45,479 bases of DNA from a virus, in IMG/VR virus record IMGVR_UViG_3300045747_000435, positions 1 to 45,479 of that record. One strand, 5' to 3'. Position 1 is the first letter of the stretch. The number at the start of each line of letters is the position of its first letter. Shown piece by piece: positions 31,954 to 39,495 of the stretch. The notes beneath the pieces are model-generated. The model searched no databases, had not been told where the DNA came from, and was given only the letters and a program-made list of their open reading frames with translations. A program made the translations under genes and the position numbers.

Positions 31954-32047
31954 GTTCACCCCCATTCGCATCGCCTTGATCGTGGCCTATGTGGCCGCAC
32001 TGATCGTGGTCTATGGCGACATGTTCGTTTTCCGTTCAACCCTGTAA
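31940..32047 (+). CDS. Possible small membrane protein (35 aa)
   Basis: MTLPKFTPIRIALIVAYVAALIVVYGDMFVF has a single TM segment. Overlaps the upstream stop. Below the track length cut-off. Confidence 0.35.
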   Translation: MTLPKFTPIRIALIVAYVAALIVVYGDMFVFRSTL

Positions 32048-32064
32048 CTCAAGGAGTTTTCCAA

Positions 32065-32157
32065 ATGCGTCAACCCAGCGCAACCAAACGCGGCCCTGGC
32101 CGCTTCCACAAGTCTGGACACAAAAAGTCCAAAAAGTCCCTAACCCGCAACTCGTAG
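32065..32157 (+). CDS. Possible highly basic peptide (30 aa)
   Basis: AAGGAG SD 8 nt upstream. Sequence MRQPSATKRGPGRFHKSGHKKSKKSLTRNS. Confidence 0.35.
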   Translation: MRQPSATKRGPGRFHKSGHKKSKKSLTRNS

Positions 32158-32169
32158 GAGATACCTGAA

Positions 32170-32586
32170 ATGGTACGCATTACCCTGGAATTTGATGACC
32201 TCGACACCGCAGTGTCGGCCCTGAACCAACTGCACCGCAAAGCCGATGGCAAAGTCATCGCCGCTGTTGAAACCGAAGCGGTGGAAGTAAAAAAGCCGCA
32301 GAAGGCCGAAGCGAAAAAGCCCGAGGCCGCTGCACCTACCCCAACTGCGCCCGTGACGGCTACACCGTCATTGCCGGAAGTTGCTCCACCCACTCCTGCT
32401 TTGGAATCCCCTTCTGACGCTATCGAGTACTCGGTGGTCAAGAAGGCAGTCCTGGACATCATCAAGGTCAAAGGCAACAGCGCAGTCGAAAGCCTGTTGG
32501 CCGAGTTTGGTGTGAAGTCTGGCCCCGCTCTCAAGCCCGACCAGTACCCCGCAGTGTTGGCCCGCGCCAAGGAACTGGTGTCCTAA
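32170..32586 (+). CDS. Hypothetical protein with Pro/Ala/Lys-rich linker (138 aa)
   Basis: GGAG SD. No motif recognised. Confidence 0.55.
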   Translation: MVRITLEFDDLDTAVSALNQLHRKADGKVIAAVETEAVEVKKPQKAEAKKPEAAAPTPTAPVTATPSLPEVAPPTPALESPSDAIEYSVVKKAVLDIIKVKGNSAVESLLAEFGVKSGPALKPDQYPAVLARAKELVS

Positions 32587-33084
32587 ATGGCAAAGCACGC
32601 CAAGAAAAGCCCATCGTCGTATGGCCGCTGGAGCAAGTGCCCCGGCAGCATCCGACTCACTGCGGACATCAAGGATAAAACCTCGCCCGCAGCGGAAGAG
32701 GGAACTGCGGCCCACTGGCTGGCAGAGCAGGCACTGCGCAAGAACTGCGCTTGCAAGGACTTGCTGGGTGCCACTGCCGAAAACGGCATCGTGGTGGACC
32801 AGGACATGGTCTTCTACGTCCAGGGCTACGTTGACTATGTCAACGACCTGGTTGCCAGCACACCTGGTGCGCAACTGCTCATCGAGCAGAAGTTGCCAAT
32901 CGCGCACCTGACGGGTGAAGAGGATGCCACCGGCACCTCCGACGTTGTGGTGCTGGTTGACGATGAAATCATCGTGGTCGATCTCAAGTACGGACGCGGC
33001 GTTGCTGTCACTGCTGAAGGCAACGGCCAATTGCAGATGTACGCGCTGGGCGCAATGAAAGAGTTTGGGGTGCTGTATGACTGA
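32587..33084 (+). CDS. DUF2800 (Cas4-like PD-(D/E)xK exonuclease), N-terminal fragment
   Basis: SPSSYGRWSKCPGS...VVDLKYGRGVAVTAEGNGQLQMYALGA. Stops at TGA 33082-33084, where homologues continue. Confidence 0.75.
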   Translation: MAKHAKKSPSSYGRWSKCPGSIRLTADIKDKTSPAAEEGTAAHWLAEQALRKNCACKDLLGATAENGIVVDQDMVFYVQGYVDYVNDLVASTPGAQLLIEQKLPIAHLTGEEDATGTSDVVVLVDDEIIVVDLKYGRGVAVTAEGNGQLQMYALGAMKEFGVLYD

Positions 33085-33766
33085 ACTCAAACGTGTACGC
33101 ATGGTGATTCACCAACCCCGCCTGGGCATCGTCAGCGAGTGGACTCAGACCGTTGATGCGCTGAACCTCTTCAAAGAGGAAGTCAAGCAGGCGTCCGCCG
33201 CGTGTGACGCGCCCGACGCGCCCCTGGTGCCCGGTAACGACCAGTGCAAGTTCTGCCGTGGCAAGGCTCAGTGCGGTGCCCTGCGCACCGAGGTGCTTGG
33301 CATGTTTGAAGTCATCGAGCCTGCTGACCGCGATGTGGGTCAACTGGCGTTGGCGATGAGCAAGGCCGACATGATCGAGGCGTGGCTCAAGGCGATCCGG
33401 GGCCAACTGGAAAGCATGCTTTTCCAAGGCCAGAAAGTGCCTGGCTGGAAGATCGTCCAAGGCAAGCAAGGCAACCGCAAGTGGGTGTCCGATGCCCAGG
33501 CCGAAGAAGTGCTGAAGGCCATGCGCGTCAAGCATGACCAGATGTACGACTACTCGGTGATTTCCCCGACCACCGCTGAAAAGTTGATGAAGGCCGAAGT
33601 AATTGGACCGCGCCAGTGGCCCAAGTTGCAGTCCCTCATCACCCGCACCGAGGGCAAACCCTCTGTGGCCCCCGAGTCTGACAAGCGTCCTGCCATCTCT
33701 GTTGAGGCAACGGCAGACGCATTCGATGACCTCACTGTTTCCCAACCTGTCCTTACTACGGAGTAA
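33077..33766 (+). CDS. DUF2800 exonuclease, C-terminal fragment (+1 frame)
   Basis: ELKRVRMVIHQPRLG...CKFCRGKAQC continues the family pattern. ATG 33077 overlaps the upstream ORF by 8 nt. Confidence 0.7.
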   Translation: MTELKRVRMVIHQPRLGIVSEWTQTVDALNLFKEEVKQASAACDAPDAPLVPGNDQCKFCRGKAQCGALRTEVLGMFEVIEPADRDVGQLALAMSKADMIEAWLKAIRGQLESMLFQGQKVPGWKIVQGKQGNRKWVSDAQAEEVLKAMRVKHDQMYDYSVISPTTAEKLMKAEVIGPRQWPKLQSLITRTEGKPSVAPESDKRPAISVEATADAFDDLTVSQPVLTTE

Positions 33767-33771
33767 TTCTT

Positions 33772-34326
33772 ATGGACTTCATCCTGAAAAAAGTGCGCCT
33801 GTCGCACCCCACCCTGTTCCACGCCAAGGAATTCAAAGCCGGTGACGGCAAGCCGCGCTGGTCGGCAAGCTTCATCGTCGAACCTGGTAGCGCCAACGAC
33901 AAGATCATCCGCGATGCGATCAGCGCAGAAGCGAAGACCACCTGGGGCGACAAAGCCGCGCAGCAATTGAAGACCATGCAAGGCCAATCCAACAAGATGG
34001 CCTACCTGGATGGTGAAACCAAAGGCAAGCCTGAGTACGAAGGTCGCTGGGTGCTGTCCACGCACCGCGCAGCATCGCAGTCGCGCCCGCTGATCATTGA
34101 CCGCGACAAGTCCCCGCTGACCTCGGACGATGGCAAACCCTACGGTGGTTGCTACGTCAACGCGCAGGTTTCTATCTACTGCCAAGCAGGCGAGAACGCT
34201 GGTGTCCGCGCATCGTTCAGCGTGATCCAGTTCGTTGAAGACGGTGACGCCTTCGGCGCGGCCCCGCCCAGCGCGGACGGCTTCGATGACCTGGGTGCTG
34301 GCGCAGACGCCGCTGCCTTGATGTAA
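33772..34326 (+). CDS. DUF2815-type phage ssDNA-binding protein
   Basis: KKVRLSHPTLFHAKEF....GKPRWSASFIV... with an acidic C-terminal tail. Canonical partner of DUF2800. Confidence 0.7.
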   Translation: MDFILKKVRLSHPTLFHAKEFKAGDGKPRWSASFIVEPGSANDKIIRDAISAEAKTTWGDKAAQQLKTMQGQSNKMAYLDGETKGKPEYEGRWVLSTHRAASQSRPLIIDRDKSPLTSDDGKPYGGCYVNAQVSIYCQAGENAGVRASFSVIQFVEDGDAFGAAPPSADGFDDLGAGADAAALM

Positions 34327-34337
34327 GGGGCGCGGAG

Positions 34338-34661
34338 GTGTTTGTCCCCCATGACGCTGACTGCCCTGTTTGCGGGCGTGTGTTCCTCAAGGATGAGTCC
34401 TGGAAGCGCACATGCCTCAATTGCTGGATCGCGAAGAGAAACGCCGAAGACCCTTCGCGCCAACAACGCTACCACCAACAGCAGCAACAGCAGTCGCGCC
34501 AGCAATGGCAGGCACCCCCGCAGCAACCGCAAGGCAAGTTGGCAATCGACCAGACGATGTTGCGGCGACTGATTCAGTTAACGCACCCCGACAAGCACGG
34601 TGGCAGCGAGGCCGCGACTATCGCAACCCAATTTCTTTTGAAGCTGAAAGGGCAGATGTGA
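34338..34661 (+). CDS. Zn-ribbon / poly-Gln / mini J-domain-like protein
   Basis: CPVC...CLNC, then QQRYHQQQQQQSRQQWQAPPQQPQ, then LIQLTHPDKHGGSEAATIATQFLLKLK (HPD motif). GTG start with an AAGGGG SD. Confidence 0.55.
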   Translation: MFVPHDADCPVCGRVFLKDESWKRTCLNCWIAKRNAEDPSRQQRYHQQQQQQSRQQWQAPPQQPQGKLAIDQTMLRRLIQLTHPDKHGGSEAATIATQFLLKLKGQM

Positions 34662-34675
34662 TTGCCTCGCAGGGC

Positions 34676-35000
34676 ATGGCACAGAAAGGCATGGCAATGC
34701 AAAGCTATTCGGTAAGAGCGAAATCTTTTACCGAACCGTTTTGGTTCAAAAGCACCGCACCGCAAGGCGAGGCAGCGCAAAGCGGCGCATCGCAGGGCAA
34801 AGCTATTCGGTAAGGGTGAAAGCTTTTACCGAACCGTTTTGGTTCAACGGCCCCGCAGGGCATGGCAAAGCAGGGCAGCGCAAAGCAGGGCAAAGCTATT
34901 CGGTAAGGGTGAAAGCTTTTACCGAACCGTTTTGGTTCAAAGGCACGGCATCGCACGGTAGTGCAATGCAAAGCAGCGCAAAGCCTTGCAGTGCAAAGCA
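34676..35000 (+). repeat. Three ~95-bp tandem units with 51-nt conserved hairpin cores (34699-34749, 34797-34847, 34890-34940) plus nine GCAAAGC heptamers; candidate ori/iteron array or structured RNA array
   Basis: Cores B and C are identical; A differs at 3 nt. Hairpins at 34708-34735, 34806-34833 and 34899-34926. Heptamers at 34699, 34777, 34797, 34865, 34880, 34890, 34968, 34978 and 34993. Confidence 0.85.
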
Positions 35001-35080
35001 ACGCGACAAGGGTTCGCTCTTGTCAGGTCGCTTTGACCACCCAGCCGGGAATCTCGGTTGTTTTATTGAAGGAAATTTTT

Positions 35081-35680
35081 ATGTCGATCCAAAAAGCACG
35101 CATCACGATCACCGGGTTGAACTACCTGTTGCAGAACAACCCGCAGACCGTTGATCCGTTCAACAAGTTCAGCAAGGCGATGAAGGCAATCACCAAAAAG
35201 CGCACCGGCAAGACAGAGGACGATCTGATCGAGTTGGGCAACATCGAGACCGAAGCGAAGTTGTACTTCGACACGGACCTGGGTGTGTACGTCCCCACCC
35301 GCTGGTTGACCGAAGCGATCTGCACTGGCGCGTTTGCGGTCATCAAGACCGGCAAGGACAAGATGCGCGGCGGCATCTTTGCGGTGGAGGAAAAAGCGAA
35401 GCTTCGCTACAAGGACATGGACAAGGTGAAGACTCTCACCGACGTTGTTATGAACCCCGTGTTTCGCCACCGCGCCCTGTTGCCCCAAGGCCAGGTTCGC
35501 GTTCCAAAAGACTTCCCGATTTTCAAGAACTGGTCTTTCGCTACTGACATCGAATTTGATGACACGGTGGTGGATTTCCAAAGCCTTAAGCGTGTCGTTG
35601 AGCGCACCGCAACCTATGTCGGCTTCGGTGATTTCCGCCCCACGTTTGGCCGCGCAACCGCAGAGGTCGTGAATGTCTAA
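35081..35680 (+). CDS. Hypothetical protein (199 aa)
   Basis: GAAGGAAA SD. First gene after the repeat array. No motif recognised. Confidence 0.6.
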   Translation: MSIQKARITITGLNYLLQNNPQTVDPFNKFSKAMKAITKKRTGKTEDDLIELGNIETEAKLYFDTDLGVYVPTRWLTEAICTGAFAVIKTGKDKMRGGIFAVEEKAKLRYKDMDKVKTLTDVVMNPVFRHRALLPQGQVRVPKDFPIFKNWSFATDIEFDDTVVDFQSLKRVVERTATYVGFGDFRPTFGRATAEVVNV

Positions 35681-36095
35681 ACGTGACGCAAGCCGCGAAC
35701 TTTATGCGGCCTTGCAAGAGCAGGGTCTGCTGGAATACGGCAGCACCATCGAGACCTGGCAAGTCCACCACTTGCTGGGAATCGAGATGCCTACCGTGGG
35801 GACCAAAGCGGTGTTTGACCGCATAGCGGTCCAGGAACTCGCGGCAGTTGACTATGTGCGCAACATTTTGCTGGGCCAGGGCAAGTACCTGATGGGCACT
35901 TCCACGGGTTACCGGGTGTTGCTGCCCAGCGAAAACAAAGGGCAGATCGATAGTTACATCGAGAGCGCAGACCGCAAGCTGTCCCGCGCCTTGAAGTTGA
36001 GCCGAAACACACCGGCAGACCCCGCGTTTTCCCCCGATCAGGTGGAGGCCCGCATCCACATGAAGCGCAACAAACGAAGAGGTGTTGGCGAATGA
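35673..36095 (+). CDS. Hypothetical protein (140 aa)
   Basis: 8-nt ATGTCTAA overlap with the upstream gene. Basic C-terminus. Confidence 0.55.
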   Translation: MSKRDASRELYAALQEQGLLEYGSTIETWQVHHLLGIEMPTVGTKAVFDRIAVQELAAVDYVRNILLGQGKYLMGTSTGYRVLLPSENKGQIDSYIESADRKLSRALKLSRNTPADPAFSPDQVEARIHMKRNKRRGVGE

Positions 36096-37174
36096 CCCCA
36101 CGCAAACTCTGGATCGACCTGGAAACCTTTTCCAGCGTGGCAATCAAGCACGGTGCCCACCGCTACGCAACGCAGGCCGAAATCATCCTGCTTGCGTGGG
36201 CGTTGGATGACGGTCCTGTGAGCGTGTGGGACTGCACCCTGGACCCGCTCCCGCCCGCTGAGTTGCTACACGCAGAGTTTGATGAAATATGGGCGCACAA
36301 CTCTGGTTTTGACCGCACGGTGCTGCGGGCCTGCAAGCCCCACCTGGTGCCCACCGAACCCAGCCACTGGCGCGACACGATGGTGCAAGCCTATGCCCAC
36401 GGTCTGCCTGGTGCGCTTGGCACGCTGTGCGACATCCTGGGCGTGCCCACCGACAAAGCCAAGGACAAGGAAGGTAAGACACTCATCCGCTTGTTCTGCA
36501 TTCCCCCGGCGAAGAACCTCAAGCGGGGCCGCGCCACCCGTGAGACCCATCCGCAAGAGTGGGCCAAATTCGTGGAGTACGCCGCGCTGGACATCGAGGC
36601 AATGCGTGAGGTGCATCGCCGCCTGCCGCGTTGGAACTACCAGGGTGATGAACTTGCCCTGTGGCACCTGGACCAGCGCATCAACGACCGTGGTGTGATG
36701 ATCGACATGGACCTGGCCCGTGGCGCTATCCGCGCAGTAGAACGCGCCCAGGCAGACCTCAAGGCCCGCACGCAGGAGTTGACCGGAGGCGAGGTGGAGT
36801 CCACCACCAAGCGTGACCAGTTCCTCGCGCACCTGTTGGAGCAGTACGGTGTCGCGCTGCCCGACGTGCAGATCAGCACGCTAGAGCGCAGGCTCAGTGA
36901 CCCCGACCTCGATGCCGGTCTGCGCGAACTGTTGGCGATCCGCTTGCAGGCATCCAGCACCAGCACCGCTAAGTACAACACGCTGATCAACGCCACCAAT
37001 GACGATGACCGCTTGCGTGGCGTCTTGCAGTTCGATGGTGCTGGCCGCACACGCCGCTGGGCGGGACGCCTGTTCCAACCCCAGAACCTTCCACGCCCCA
37101 CGCTGAAAAACGATGACATCGATTTCGGCATCGAGGCAATCAAACTGGGCGCGGCCCACCTGTTCTATGAGTAA
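36092..37174 (+). CDS. Family A DNA polymerase, N-terminal fragment (3'-5' exonuclease and N-terminal polymerase part)
   Basis: Exo I motif WIDLETFS, WAHNSGFDRTVL, YAALDIEAM. Stops at TAA 37172-37174, just before polymerase motif A. Confidence 0.8.
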   Translation: MTPRKLWIDLETFSSVAIKHGAHRYATQAEIILLAWALDDGPVSVWDCTLDPLPPAELLHAEFDEIWAHNSGFDRTVLRACKPHLVPTEPSHWRDTMVQAYAHGLPGALGTLCDILGVPTDKAKDKEGKTLIRLFCIPPAKNLKRGRATRETHPQEWAKFVEYAALDIEAMREVHRRLPRWNYQGDELALWHLDQRINDRGVMIDMDLARGAIRAVERAQADLKARTQELTGGEVESTTKRDQFLAHLLEQYGVALPDVQISTLERRLSDPDLDAGLRELLAIRLQASSTSTAKYNTLINATNDDDRLRGVLQFDGAGRTRRWAGRLFQPQNLPRPTLKNDDIDFGIEAIKLGAAHLFYE

Positions 37175-38159
37175 CGTAATGGCCCTGGCCGCAAGCGCAC
37201 TGCGCGGCACCATCATCGCGCCAGCGGGCAAGAAACTGGTGGTGGCTGACTTGTCCAACATCGAAGGCCGCGACCAAGCGTGGCTGGCCGGTGAAGAGTG
37301 GAAGCTGAAAGCATTCCGCGACTTCGACAACGGCACCGGGCATGACCTTTACAAACTCGCATACAGCAAGTCGTTTGGTGCGGCCCCAGAGAAGGTGACC
37401 AAAGACCAACGCCAGGTCGGCAAGGTGCAGGAATTGGCCTTGGGATACGAAGGTGGCGTGGGCGCGTTTGTGACCTTCGCAGCGGCCTACAACATCGACC
37501 TGGAAGCACTGGCCCCCACGGTGCTATCCCTGGCCCCACAGCACCTGGTCGAGAAGTCTGAACAGTTCTATGCCTGGACCATCAAAGACAAGCGCAACAC
37601 GTTTGACCTGTCCCGCGATGCGTTCCTGGCCTGCGAGACATTGAAGCGCGGCTGGCGCGAAGCACATGCCGCAATCGCGGCCCTATGGCCTGCCCTCAAA
37701 GAGGCAGTGACGATGGCAGTTGAGCGGCCCGGCAACACCATCGCCTGTGGCCGATTCAAGTGCCGCCGCGATGGCAACTGGTTGCGCGTGGGCCTGCCCA
37801 GCGGCAACGTGCTTTGCTACCCCGCGCCTGAGATCGATGAGGAGGGTGCGTTCACCTACATGGGCATGAACCAGTACACCCGCCGCTGGTCCCGTTTGAA
37901 GAGTTATGGCGGCAAGATTTTCGAGAACGCATGCCAATCAGTCGCACGCGATGTGATGGCCCACAACATGCCATTGATCGAAACCGCAGGCTACGAAATC
38001 GTGCTGACTGTTCACGATGAAGTGATCTGCGAAGCACCCGACTCCGATGAATTTAACGAAGAGCAACTTTCCCAGTTGCTTGCAAACAACCCCCCGTGGG
38101 CACCAGACATGCCTCTGGCCGCTGCGGGTTTCCAAACCTACCGCTACCGAAAGGACTGA
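37167..38159 (+). CDS. Family A DNA polymerase, C-terminal fragment (+1 frame; motifs A, B, C)
   Basis: VVADLSNIEGR (motif A), RQVGKVQELALGYEGG (motif B), VLTVHDEVICE (motif C). ATG 37167 overlaps the upstream ORF by 8 nt. Confidence 0.8.
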   Translation: MSNVMALAASALRGTIIAPAGKKLVVADLSNIEGRDQAWLAGEEWKLKAFRDFDNGTGHDLYKLAYSKSFGAAPEKVTKDQRQVGKVQELALGYEGGVGAFVTFAAAYNIDLEALAPTVLSLAPQHLVEKSEQFYAWTIKDKRNTFDLSRDAFLACETLKRGWREAHAAIAALWPALKEAVTMAVERPGNTIACGRFKCRRDGNWLRVGLPSGNVLCYPAPEIDEEGAFTYMGMNQYTRRWSRLKSYGGKIFENACQSVARDVMAHNMPLIETAGYEIVLTVHDEVICEAPDSDEFNEEQLSQLLANNPPWAPDMPLAAAGFQTYRYRKD

Positions 38160-38237
38160 TCGTGCGTTTCCTGTTTAAATTTTTCTACTTCCGCCGCAAA
38201 GGGTTCACCCTGCGCAATGCATGGAGGTACGCCCGAA

Positions 38238-39170
38238 ATGCGTGACATCGTCCACCTAGTTTCTTGTAGTGGCGGCAAAGACTCCACTGCGACCTTGATC
38301 CTTGCGCTCAAGCAGTTTCCACACAACACGATGGCCGTGTTCGCTGACACCGGCAATGAGCATGAAGAGGTGTACACCTACCTGGACTATCTGGAGCGCA
38401 CTCTGGGCATCAAGATCGTTCGCCTGAAAGCCAACTTCGATGCTTGGTGGTATCGCAAGGCGGAATACATCCGTAATAAGTGGCCCGAAAAAGGCGTGCC
38501 TGCGGACGCGGTTGAACGCGCACTCGCGGTGTTCGACAAAGGCCCAACGGACAACCCGTACCTGAACCTGTGCGTCATTAAGGGCCGCTTCCCTTCGCGC
38601 ATGGCGCAGTTTTGCACGCAGTACCTTAAGACCCAGCCATTGACGCAATTCGCTTTGGAAATCTCCGACTTGCTGGACTGCGACATCTGGTCCTGGCAAG
38701 GTGTTCGCCGTGATGAATCCACCCGCCGCTCCAAGGCCGAGGGTTTTGATGATCTGACCGGCGGCATCTACGGTTTCCGCCCCATCGCCGGGTGGACGGC
38801 CCAAGAGGTGGTGGACTTCTGCTTGCAGCACGGTGTCGAGGTTAACCCGCTCTACAAGCAAGGTATGAACCGCGTGGGCTGCATGCCCTGCATCAACGCA
38901 TCAAAAGCTGAACTGGCAGAGATATCCCGCCGCTTCCCTGAACATATCGAGCGGATCGCTGAATGGGAGCGCATGGTCGCCCAAGGTTCTAAGCGCGGCG
39001 ACTCTTCGTTCTTTCCAGCACCCACGGGCGACAACCGTGGCGAACTGCGCGGCAACAACATCGTGTCCGTAGTCCGCTGGGCGAAGACGTTTCGTGGCGG
39101 CAAGGTTGCGGACCCCCAGTGGGACATGCAAGGCGAAGCCTGCTCCTCTAGCTATGGGTTGTGCGGATGA
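38238..39170 (+). CDS. PAPS reductase-like PP-loop enzyme
   Basis: SCSGGKDS PP-loop. WQGVRRDES. C-terminal Cys cluster. GGAGG SD 10 nt before ATG 38238. Confidence 0.7.
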   Translation: MRDIVHLVSCSGGKDSTATLILALKQFPHNTMAVFADTGNEHEEVYTYLDYLERTLGIKIVRLKANFDAWWYRKAEYIRNKWPEKGVPADAVERALAVFDKGPTDNPYLNLCVIKGRFPSRMAQFCTQYLKTQPLTQFALEISDLLDCDIWSWQGVRRDESTRRSKAEGFDDLTGGIYGFRPIAGWTAQEVVDFCLQHGVEVNPLYKQGMNRVGCMPCINASKAELAEISRRFPEHIERIAEWERMVAQGSKRGDSSFFPAPTGDNRGELRGNNIVSVVRWAKTFRGGKVADPQWDMQGEACSSSYGLCG

Positions 39171-39493
39171 GACTCCTTACCTTGCCGAACTATAGCTGCC
39201 ACATCTACTTGAGCGGCCCCATCGATGTCGCGAAGCAAATCCTGCGGGAAGAGTGCTTGCGCGAAGGTCTTTGCGTGACTGTGGAACCTACCACCTACAT
39301 CTACACCGGGGGTGAGGAGCAGGGTTATGTGGTGGGCCTTGTCAACTACCCCCGCTTTCCGAAATCTCCTGGCGAGATCAAGGAGCGGGCTATGCGAATC
39401 GCTACCGATTTGCTGCTCAAAACACATCAACTGTCTGCCCTGGTGGTGGACCCAATGGAATCGTCCTGGGTGTCCAGGCGCACAGAGGAATAG
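39167..39493 (+). CDS. Hypothetical protein (108 aa)
   Basis: ATGA overlap with the upstream stop. Confidence 0.5.
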   Translation: MRLLTLPNYSCHIYLSGPIDVAKQILREECLREGLCVTVEPTTYIYTGGEEQGYVVGLVNYPRFPKSPGEIKERAMRIATDLLLKTHQLSALVVDPMESSWVSRRTEE

Positions 39494-39495
39494 CA

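Noticed and set aside
34699-34940. Possible mini-CRISPR array (three ~51-nt palindromic repeats separated by 42-47-nt spacers)
   Set aside because: The spacers are degenerate copies of one another and share the GCAAAGC motif, so the whole ~95-bp unit is the repeat. The repeat is longer than typical CRISPR repeats. There are only three units, and no cas genes or leader.
34705-35154. Repeat-containing ORFs (137 aa on plus with GQSYSVRVKAFTEPFWF x2; 98 aa on minus with EPKRFGKSFHPYRIALPC x2; also 34412-34813)
   Set aside because: All frames are open here because of composition. The first unit is in a different frame from the other two (98-bp versus 93-bp period). Starts are non-ATG or lack an SD. 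The hairpin and iteron structure explains the conservation. The 3 differences in unit A are conservative or synonymous in one frame, so coding is not fully excluded.
33077-37174. Classical +1 programmed frameshift by P-site tRNA slippage (prfB-like) at the two split genes
   Set aside because: The codons before the stops (GAC, GAG) cannot re-pair in the +1 frame (ACU, AGU), and no upstream SD-like stimulator is evident. Reinitiation at the overlapping ATG, or a genuine mutation or error, is more plausible. The question is kept open in the findings.
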